NCBI RefSeq assembly: GCF_035285525.1
Contig: NZ_JAYKGW010000179.1
Span: 13,426 to 45,425, forward strand
Source of the DNA: Okeania sp.
GTDB taxonomy: Bacteria; Cyanobacteriota; Cyanobacteriia; Cyanobacteriales; Microcoleaceae
DNA length: 32,000 bases
Direction of reading: 5' to 3'
Shown: piece by piece, positions 17,401 to 23,899 of the stretch
Position numbering within the stretch: position 1 is the first letter of the stretch
How the letters are laid out: every line of letters starts with the position of its first letter
The notes under the pieces: model-generated
What the model was told of the DNA's origin: nothing
Databases searched by the model: none
What the model saw: only the letters and a program-made list of their open reading frames with translations
Made by a program: the position numbers and the translations under genes

Positions 17401-18291
17401 ATTCGAGCCTACTTAGTTCCCTTTATTGTCAGTCTGTCAGTTGCTTTTGCTGCATTTCTCCCTTGGATAATTGTGATTTTGACAAGTATTGATGAAATTC
17501 AAGAAAAGACACAATGGGTAAGTAGTCGAAACTCTAATATTTCTATTCTGATCAAAGGTTTGCTCAATAGCTTAGGTGATTCCTTTTTAAATTGGAATAA
17601 TTCTGTTCCTAAAATAGAGTCTTATTTCGGTTATTTAATCTTTGGTCTGGTTGTTATCTCTTTATACTTTCTGATTCGATTTACACCCAGAAAAGTTTGG
17701 TCATTAGTAGTGATATCAATTGCACTGACACCTCTAGTTCTAGTAACTGCCGATCTAATTTTTGGTGGTGGGCGCTCTCTGCAATCTAGATATCTACTTC
17801 CTTCTATATTATTTATGCAAATTTCTGTAGCCTATTTCTTGGCTAAGTGTATGATATTTACATTCCCCGCTTGGGAAAAATTCTTGTGGAGATCTGCATA
17901 TCTAGCAATGGTTTTCGTTGGAATTATCTCTGCCATTGCGATCACCAAAACACCAGGTTGGGATTACCTAGAACAAGGCAAAACAGCAAATGCTTTAAAT
18001 ATAGAGATGGCTCCACTGATTAATGTCGCCAATCATCCAATTGTTATTAGTCAAGCTAGCCACAGTTTCGTCCTAGGTCTGAGTCATTTGGTAAATAAAG
18101 ACGTTGAGTTCCAACTCGTAAATGATCTTGAGGCAACTGAATTTTCCACTTATTTTAATATACCGGAACTAGCGGAAAAATATGAAGAAGTATTCATCTA
18201 CTTTCCAGATCAGCAGTTCAAATCCTTTGTAGAAAATCAACGAGGAGTTGAGCTAGAGCCAGTATTTGATACTAAGTTATATCGCCTTTGA
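14437..18291 (+). CDS. Fusion protein: N-terminal signal anchor, BNR/Asp-box beta-propeller region, TM linker, GT-C (GT39/PMT_2/COG5305-like) membrane glycosyltransferase
   Basis: The track ORF opens at TTG 14404. ATG 14437 (MTKSLSRIIQF...) is the likelier start. There are 12 Asp-box motifs (for example SSDGGISWQ, SSDKGLTWQ, SRDSGKTWQ, SKDGGKTWK, STDGGKNWE) and 7 SPN(Y/F)xxDxT motifs. A TM segment lies at about 16612..16665. The following polytopic domain has an NADE loop motif (GAT GAA at 16828..16833) and EHTPLYYLL, typical of GT-C enzymes. Confidence 0.8.
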   Translation: MTKSLSRIIQFLKLVLVAFLMALLVNMGISVAHRPHDVVTHIELSPNYQQDQTVLIVVRNNLYRSSDGGISWQRITQGLDYSSFSITDLEFSRQNDGLAFLGTEGDGIYRSSDKGLTWQNTSEGLDELVIDYISVSPTSSKIVLASISDRLYLTQNSGDSWQQVFQSKNPIQALGFSNDGKLVIAANTNELLVSRDSGKTWQERERTASGLPLDTPIVAIESMVGQTVGSMWLATETQGIFQTTDQGKTWTKQANPIANEIVQDLKIIPSSQNEPQLFVSTANTGLFYLDGQEWQPRTQGLKTDVQAQQMKQPNFTQLEFSPDGSVTFLAGFDGLFKSEDRGQKWQDLETILRSTVVAMAVSNDSTLATVDYVGNINLSKDGGKTWKIAQKGLQLPWFTGNFESVEPNYDPRRYFDVAFSPNYDQDQTLWASLLWTKVATSQDGGISWLVSSMPKEERGLTIGVSPDFSNDKNVYTLAQSGNIYQSQNGGQDFKKVGEVPSLRGNYGPSIVLSPNFASDRTIYVTGNKGIYQSTDGGKNWEAITENIALAQAGKMQIVISPGFAQDKTLFVSTRDQGLFKSQDGGKTWNQQFTIPGIDTNSPALEAIAISPNYDNDQTLVVSVQGFGLYKSENGGQSFKQITDASLPASRISTVPSSGKPIVFSPNYINDRTIYSFGSAISEIFELTNDGKSHENLAIQNYESMGEADFLSNFRVVLYVYQSLLKKVVVLLVAIVGGIVIYRKLIRTNILSFHQPQVHQYQQREPSIQMSWKVLIVAILVLRILFSFANLDQKPYNADEVRGFYRIAGYNRDQIVEEVFNGKIISAEKILTYQVPTSAKGLPDTMSALAGNSEHTPLYYLLSRFVISTFKTPFAARVLSVILGFACLPAVYWLCYELFGSRSVGWMAVGLISVSPYQILLSQASRQYSLFGLATLICTIALLRAMRKNDKLSWVICTLTFIVGLYSHLFFVFVAFGYCLYLLSLGLKEIRAYLVPFIVSLSVAFAAFLPWIIVILTSIDEIQEKTQWVSSRNSNISILIKGLLNSLGDSFLNWNNSVPKIESYFGYLIFGLVVISLYFLIRFTPRKVWSLVVISIALTPLVLVTADLIFGGGRSLQSRYLLPSILFMQISVAYFLAKCMIFTFPAWEKFLWRSAYLAMVFVGIISAIAITKTPGWDYLEQGKTANALNIEMAPLINVANHPIVISQASHSFVLGLSHLVNKDVEFQLVNDLEATEFSTYFNIPELAEKYEEVFIYFPDQQFKSFVENQRGVELEPVFDTKLYRL

Positions 18292-18292
18292 A

Positions 18293-18321
18293 CAATCAGC
18301 AATCAGCAGTCAGCATTTACT
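18293..18321. repeat. Heptamer (STRR-like) array of CAATCAG type
   Basis: caatcag caatcag cagtcag catttac, immediately after the stop codon at 18291. Related AGCTGA/CAGCAAT-type filler flanks several other gene ends (3029-3240, 3729-3767, 6570-6742, 7090-7155, 13235-13400). Confidence 0.65.
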
Positions 18322-18413
18322 CATATCATGTCTGGTAGCATCGGAGCGTGTATAGAAACCTAACCGTATCTTTGCACGCGGTTCTATAAAATTAAAGTGA
18401 CAATAGGAGAAAA

Positions 18414-18434
18414 CCTTCTGCCTTCTGCCTTCGT
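18414..18434. repeat. Heptamer array CCTTCTG x3
   Basis: ccttctg ccttctg ccttcgt. Confidence 0.7.
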
Positions 18435-18583
18435 GCCACCAAAATCTAATTATTCAACCGGATATGATACAGCATATTTCCGGTAAATGAGGTACAAGAT
18501 AAATTTTGGAAACATTGTAGTGCGGGCATCTTGCCCGTATGGGAGTGTTCCTCATGCCTGGTGAAATCCGCTTTATTACCTAA

Positions 18584-18649
18584 AGAAACCTGGTTTCTAG
18601 GATAAATCTTTGTTTTGAGCAATAGACGTCCACGAGAAACCAGGTTTCT
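18584..18649. repeat. Pair of 15-bp palindromes AGAAACCNGGTTTCT
   Basis: agaaacctggtttct at 18584..18598 and agaaaccaggtttct at 18635..18649. Two further copies lie at 18764..18778 and 18782..18796. Confidence 0.8.
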
Positions 18650-18685
18650 GGGTTCACATGGCTTTAGTTCTGATTTATCTGACAC

Positions 18686-18797
18686 GAGCCGGATGCACGG
18701 TTCCCAAAAAATCGGACTGAATAAAAAAAATCAAAAAACCATAGGGATTTTAGCCCAATACCCAGAAACCCGGTTTCTTGAAGAAACCGGGTTTCTG
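18686..18797 (+). repeat. Dispersed repeat module (homologue of 3570..3695) ending in two adjacent AGAAACCNGGTTTCT palindromes
   Basis: gagccggatgcacggttcccaaaaaatcggactga ... cccagaaacccggtttcttgaagaaaccgggtttctg. Confidence 0.7.
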
Positions 18798-18875
18798 AAT
18801 CTCGATGTTCAAATTAATGAAAACTTCTATAACTGTTGATAATCCCCATTTCTCCTAACTCCTGACTCCTTCCCT

Positions 18876-18917
18876 CTACTAAAAGACTTTTACGGTTCCC
18901 GATAAATCAGCAAGCCC
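18876..18917 (+). repeat. Dispersed repeat module with core ACGGTTCCCGATAAATC
   Basis: Its reverse complement differs from 22808..22849 at only 2 of 42 positions. Confidence 0.8.
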
Positions 18918-18936
18918 TAAATATATGTAATTAATC

Positions 18937-19029
18937 AGGACTTACGCAAAGGCACTATCTATCTATAGAGTTTTGGTGCGTTACGCGAGCGCTTTCACAC
19001 CCTACCAATAGCGGTCATGTGTAAGTCCT
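18937..19029. mobile_element. MITE-like element of the AGGACTTACGCA family (93 bp)
   Basis: aggacttacgcaaaggcactatctatctatagag..ggtgcgttac ... tgtgtaagtcct. The left arm closely matches the reverse complement of the right arm of 13466..13666. It ends 78 nt upstream of the dxr ATG. Confidence 0.65.
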
Positions 19030-19107
19030 ATAATATTCTACAACTACTTAAGACAAAATGACCAATGGATCGTATAGTATAATTATGGACAACCTCCTAA
19101 AAAAAAT

Positions 19108-20703
19108 ATGAAAGAAATTACAATCTTAGGATCTACAGGGTCCATTGGTACTCAAACCTTAGACATTGTAACTCACAACCCAGACAAATTTAGAGTTGTG
19201 GGGTTAGCAGCCGGAAGTAACGTAGAAATATTAGCCCGACAGGTCAGAGAATTTCACCCTCAAATTGTTGCTATTAACAATGAGTCCAAATTTACCGAAC
19301 TCCAAGAGGCCATTGCCGACCTAGAACCTCAACCTATATTGCTTGCTGGCCAGGATGGTGTGACAGAAGTAGCCAGATATGGTAAATCAGAAGCAGTCGT
19401 CACAGGTATTGTTGGTTGTGCTGGTTTATTACCAACTATTGCTGCTATTGAAGCAGGTAAAGATATTGCTTTAGCAAATAAAGAAACACTTATTGCCGCA
19501 GGTCCAGTTGTTAATCCTTTAATTAAAAAACATGGAGTCAAATTATTACCAGCAGACTCAGAACATTCAGCAATTTTTCAATGTCTTCAAGGGATACCTA
19601 AAGGGGGTCTACGCAGAATAATTTTAACTGCCTCTGGTGGTGCTTTTAGAGATTGGCCGATTGAGACATTATCAAAAGTCAAAGTGGCAGATGCTATTAA
19701 ACATCCTAACTGGTCAATGGGTAGAAAAATTACTGTTGATTCTGCCACAATGATGAATAAAGGTTTGGAAGTTATTGAAGCTCATTATTTGTTTGGGTTG
19801 GATTATGACAATATTGATATTGTGGTTCATCCTCAGAGTATAATTCACTCCTTAATTGAGTTACAAGATACTTCTGTTTTAGCTCAGTTGGGTTGGCCGG
19901 ATATGCGTTTACCTCTACTTTACGCTTTATCTTGGCCGGAAAGAATCTATACTGATTGGGCACAGTTAGATTTAGTTAAAGCTGGAAGTCTGACTTTCAA
20001 GGAACCTGATAATTTGAAATATCCTTGCATTCAGTTGGCTTATTCTATGGGTCGTATAGGTGGTTCTATGACTGCAGTTTTGAATGCAACCAATGAACAG
20101 GCTGTAGAATTATTTTTGTCAGAAAAAATTCCGTTTTTAGGTATTCCTAAATTAATTGAATATGTATGTGCAAAGCATAATTCAAGTTATCAAAAAAAAC
20201 CTAGCTTAGATGATATTTTAGCTGCAGACCAATGGGCAAGAAAAGAGGCTTTGGCAGCAATAAGTATTGGAAATAATTCTCTAACAAGTGTCAACTATTC
20301 TAGTAAAAATAAATTAAATGGGAAAAAAAATAATTTAGACAGAAGTATTCTAAAATTAACAGAAAATGATCGGATACAATTTAACAATTGTTATCAAAGG
20401 GGATTAACTAAATATGAAGCACAAGACTATCAATCAGCTTTAAGAGAGTTTGATCGGGCAATAGAGATAAACCCTGCTCATATAGATGCTTATATTTGCA
20501 GAGGTAATGTTAAGGATAAATTAGAAGATTATCAAGGAGCAATTGTTGATTATAATCAGGCAATTCAAATAGATTCAACCAATTCAAAAGCTTATCATAG
20601 TCGGGGAAATACACTGCGAAAAATTGGCGACAATTGGGGGGCAATAACTGATTATAATAAAGCAATTAGACTCAACTCTAATTATAAATTTTCCCAGGAT
20701 TGA
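19108..20703 (+). CDS. dxr: 1-deoxy-D-xylulose 5-phosphate reductoisomerase with a C-terminal linker and TPR extension
   Basis: [13 protein letters not shown] (NADPH loop), [15 protein letters not shown] and [26 protein letters not shown] are classic DXR motifs. The core ends near aa 385. Residues ~426-526 form about three TPR-like 34-mers ([19 protein letters not shown]..., [16 protein letters not shown]..., [15 protein letters not shown]...). Confidence 0.9.
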   Translation: MKEITILGSTGSIGTQTLDIVTHNPDKFRVVGLAAGSNVEILARQVREFHPQIVAINNESKFTELQEAIADLEPQPILLAGQDGVTEVARYGKSEAVVTGIVGCAGLLPTIAAIEAGKDIALANKETLIAAGPVVNPLIKKHGVKLLPADSEHSAIFQCLQGIPKGGLRRIILTASGGAFRDWPIETLSKVKVADAIKHPNWSMGRKITVDSATMMNKGLEVIEAHYLFGLDYDNIDIVVHPQSIIHSLIELQDTSVLAQLGWPDMRLPLLYALSWPERIYTDWAQLDLVKAGSLTFKEPDNLKYPCIQLAYSMGRIGGSMTAVLNATNEQAVELFLSEKIPFLGIPKLIEYVCAKHNSSYQKKPSLDDILAADQWARKEALAAISIGNNSLTSVNYSSKNKLNGKKNNLDRSILKLTENDRIQFNNCYQRGLTKYEAQDYQSALREFDRAIEINPAHIDAYICRGNVKDKLEDYQGAIVDYNQAIQIDSTNSKAYHSRGNTLRKIGDNWGAITDYNKAIRLNSNYKFSQD

Positions 20704-20806
20704 AGTAATTATGAAGACCCAGAAACTGTAAAAAATTTACTACAGGAGTAAGCTGATCTGATCTTTAATAAAGAAATAGGAAATAGGGAAAAGGTGGGCG
20801 TATTTA

Positions 20807-20973
20807 GTGAGGTACAAAAATTTAGGTTTAAGAGAATATGAAAAACGCAAGGAAAAGAAAAAAATAAGTAATTGTGCAAAATTATTTGTATATATTTTCG
20901 TCTCTAAGTCTGAGGGATTGAGAAGTTAATACACAATTAATTAATTTTGCTTAAGCACTTAAGTGTACCTCAC
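20807..20973. repeat. Inverted-repeat-bounded element (GTGAGGTACA ... TGTACCTCAC)
   Basis: 10-nt perfect inverted termini at 20807..20816 and 20964..20973. Related half-sites are tgaggtaaaaattt at about 11341 and ttacctcacaaa at about 12208. Confidence 0.5.
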
Positions 20974-21047
20974 AAAAGAAGTTTGAGAAAAACTATAAGC
21001 AAAATATTCCCTTTGTTAATTACACAATATTTTTCGATTTCTTATAG

Positions 21048-21203
21048 AAAATTTATTACCGAATAATTAATAATTAAATAATTCAGGTTGAAAAACTCCC
21101 TTTTCAAGGAAGAAAGCGGTCGTTACGCAGCTTCCCGAAGGGTGAGATGGTGAGGTCTCTCTAAAAATAATTATCAATTATCCATTATCAATTATCCATT
21201 AAT
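21048..21203 (+). mobile_element. MITE/SDR-like element, intermediate variant, abutting the M50 protease start codon
   Basis: Same termini as 6232..6487. It shares the internal agcggtc..cgcagcttcccg.agggtgagatgg block. It ends about 5 nt before ATG 21209. Confidence 0.65.
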
Positions 21204-21208
21204 AAACT

Positions 21209-22717
21209 ATGTATACCACATCCGAAAATACCACCATAGTTATAGTAGCTTTCATTGCTCTTGTAATTTTGGGCTGGGGATACTACAGAGCCAAACCTTA
21301 TGGTAAAATGGGCGTCTTATCTTGGTTACAATCAGTAGTTTTGATGTTACCTTGGCTACTATTTTTCGCTCTGTTTGCTGCAGGAATTTATCTGAATTTA
21401 GTATTGATTTTATTTCTGCTAATACTTTGTACAGGATTGTACATTTATTTAGGAAAGCAATTACGAATAATAGCAGCTCAAGAAGCAAAAAATAAACCGG
21501 AAATTGATCCTATTAATAACTATTCAACATCTGATTTAAGTGAAGAAAAAACTCCACTATCAAATCTAGAGGAAACAGAAAACATTGAAGAAATTCCCGA
21601 ATTTCTTCCTATTCCTACTCAAGACTTACAAAAAATAAAAGACATTTTTGGTATTGATACCTTTTTTGCCACAGAAACTATCCCTTATCAAGAAGGAGCT
21701 ATTTTCAAAGGAAATTTACGAGGAGCTTCAGAACAAGTTCATACTAAATTATCAGCAAAATTGGCAGAAAAACTAGGCGATCGCTACCGACTATTTTTAT
21801 TAGAAAGTCCAGAAGCTAAACCAGTAGTAATTATTTTACCAAGTAAAAATGACCCTCAACCTGCTACCACATCACAAAAAATTCTGGCAGTTCTTCTCTT
21901 ACTAGGAACTATTGCTACCAGTTTTGAAGCAGGAGGATTATTATTAGGGTTCGACTTTTTTAATCAACCCATAAAATATCAGGAAGCATTACCTATTGTT
22001 ATTGGTTTGTGGATAGTTTTGATAGGTCACGAAATAGCTCACCAAGTTTTGGCAAAACGTCATAATGTTAGCTTTAGTTGGCCGTTTTTTCTTCCTGCTT
22101 GGCAAATTGGCAGTTTTGGTTCTGTTAACCGTTTTGAGTCAATCATTCCTAACCGAAAAGTTCTGTTTGATGTCGCTTTTGCCGGACCTGCTGTGGGAGG
22201 TATAATTTCTTTGGCAATGTTATTAGGGGGTTTATTGCTTTCCCATGAAGGCAGTTTGTTTCAAATGCCATCAGAATTTTTTAGAGCTTCTGTTTTAGTG
22301 GGAACTTTAGCACGGGTGATTTTAGGTCCAGCAGTACATCAAAATATAGTAGATGTTCACCCACTAGCAATAATGGGTTGGTTGGGTTTGCTCATTACAG
22401 CAATTAATCTAATGCCAGCGGGTCAGTTAGATGGTGGTAGAATTATACAAGCAATTTATGGTCGGAAAGTTGCAGGTAGAGCAACATTATTGACTTTTGT
22501 AGTCTTGGCGATCGCTTCTTTTGTTAATCCTTTAGCGTTTTATTGGGGAATTATTATTCTGGTATTACAACGAAATTTAGAACGCCCTTGTTTAAATGAA
22601 TTAACTGAACCTGATGATGCTCGTGCTGCTTTATGTTTGTTAGCTTTGTTTTTAGCGATCGCTACTTTGTTTCCTCTAACTCCAGGTTTAGCTGGTAGGT
22701 TGGGTATTGGTGGTTAG
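21209..22717 (+). CDS. Site-2 protease family (peptidase M50) membrane metalloprotease
   Basis: 502-codon polytopic ORF with HEIAHQ (HExxH) and NLMPAGQLDGGR (NxxPxxxLDG) motifs. The architecture resembles cyanobacterial and plastid EGY-type S2P proteins. Confidence 0.85.
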   Translation: MYTTSENTTIVIVAFIALVILGWGYYRAKPYGKMGVLSWLQSVVLMLPWLLFFALFAAGIYLNLVLILFLLILCTGLYIYLGKQLRIIAAQEAKNKPEIDPINNYSTSDLSEEKTPLSNLEETENIEEIPEFLPIPTQDLQKIKDIFGIDTFFATETIPYQEGAIFKGNLRGASEQVHTKLSAKLAEKLGDRYRLFLLESPEAKPVVIILPSKNDPQPATTSQKILAVLLLLGTIATSFEAGGLLLGFDFFNQPIKYQEALPIVIGLWIVLIGHEIAHQVLAKRHNVSFSWPFFLPAWQIGSFGSVNRFESIIPNRKVLFDVAFAGPAVGGIISLAMLLGGLLLSHEGSLFQMPSEFFRASVLVGTLARVILGPAVHQNIVDVHPLAIMGWLGLLITAINLMPAGQLDGGRIIQAIYGRKVAGRATLLTFVVLAIASFVNPLAFYWGIIILVLQRNLERPCLNELTEPDDARAALCLLALFLAIATLFPLTPGLAGRLGIGG

Positions 22718-22738
22718 CGGGAAAAAATCACTTAATTG

Positions 22739-23111
22739 AGAACTTACGCAACGACCCTAGATATAGTGCTTAAAACTGTTGCGCAATAGTTTTTAAATCT
22801 ATATATAGGGTTTGCTGATTTATCGGGAACCGTAAAAATCTTTTAGTAGTGGGGAGGAGCTAGAATCCAGAATCCAGAATCTAGGAGGAATGGGAATCAT
22901 AGAAGAAGTAGCCAGAAGAATTTTCTCTTTATTTTCTACCCCCTTTCTTGCCCAAAATCCTAGATTTTTGATTGATCAGGAACCGTACTGGAATCACCCA
23001 AAAGCTGGTACTTTATTAGTATCTGCAAAGGCTGAAATCTTTACCAGCAAACACTTTTATATTTCCATACGCCAGCCCTATATAGTACCTTAGTACCTTT
23101 GCACGAGTCTT
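22739..23111. mobile_element. Larger degenerate AGGACTTACGCA-family element carrying a nested ACGGTTCCCGA core module
   Basis: Left end is agaacttacgcaacgaccctagatatag. Right end is ccctatatagtaccttagtacctttgcacgagtctt. The 22808..22849 module and AGAATCC heptamers lie inside it. Confidence 0.4.
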
Positions 23112-23171
23112 GTTAATTGACATTACGTCACAAAGCGTTATTATATGATAGTTACTTCAATTAATGACGTG

Positions 23172-23768
23172 GTGAAATTTGTCAAACCAAGAGAAGCTGC
23201 TGAAATATGAGGAGTGGATGTACGTACTTTGGTTAGATGGGAACAAAATGGAGAAATAAATGCCATTAAAACACCATCAGGACAAAGGCGCTATGATATT
23301 GACTCCTATATCAAAAAAACACCGATAACTAACAGAAAAACCGTTCTATACTGTCGTGTGTCAAGCAATGCTCAAAAATCAGACTTAAATAAGCAAGTAG
23401 CAGAACTTCAAAGTTTATACCCTAATGCTGAAACTATTAAAGAAATAGGAGGTGGTTTAAATTTTAAGCGCCAAAAACTGTTGAACCTGTTGTCTCAAAT
23501 CTTAAAAGGAGAAGTGCAGCGAGTTATAGTTGCCCATAAGGATAGATTAGCTAGATTTGGGTTTGACTTATTCAATTGGATTTGTGAACAAAATAACTGT
23601 GATTTAATAGTTTTGAACACGAAAGGTTTATCTCCAGAATCCGAAATTATTGAGGATATTTTGGCTATATTGCATTACTTTTCTAGCAGAGTTTCTGCCT
23701 TGAGAAAATACAAAACTCAAATTAAAAATGACCCAGAAATATCCACAAATTACTCAGAACTAAACTAA
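23172..23768 (+). pseudogene. tnpA: IS607-family serine-recombinase transposase (TnpA) with an in-frame TGA; no tnpB follows
   Basis: MerR-like HTH (KPREAAEI*GVDVRTLVRWEQNGEI..PSGQRRY) followed by the serine-recombinase motif VLYCRVSSNAQKSDL. The TGA at 23208..23210 sits where Leu is expected. Likely original start is GTG 23172; the track ORF starts at GTG 23214. Confidence 0.7.
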
Positions 23769-23899
23769 GAACTTATAATTGCTAGAAGTCTCGATTGTTA
23801 AATGGCTATATTTGTGTATGGAGGCTTCTTGCCTGTTCCTGATATTTTTGGACGGGCAGGATGCCCATCCCACTTATATTTATTCCTTAATACATAAGT

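Noticed and set aside
18446-18839. Two overlapping ORFs (79 and 74 codons) in the dxr-upstream intergenic region
   Set aside because: Both are translations of palindromic repeat modules (AGAAACCNGGTTTCT gives ETRFL/ETGFL strings). The same modules occur in other intergenic regions in both orientations.
22890-23093. 67-codon plus-strand ORF
   Set aside because: It is embedded in a degenerate AGGACTTACGCA-family element after AGAATCC heptamers. It has no recognisable motifs and no SD.
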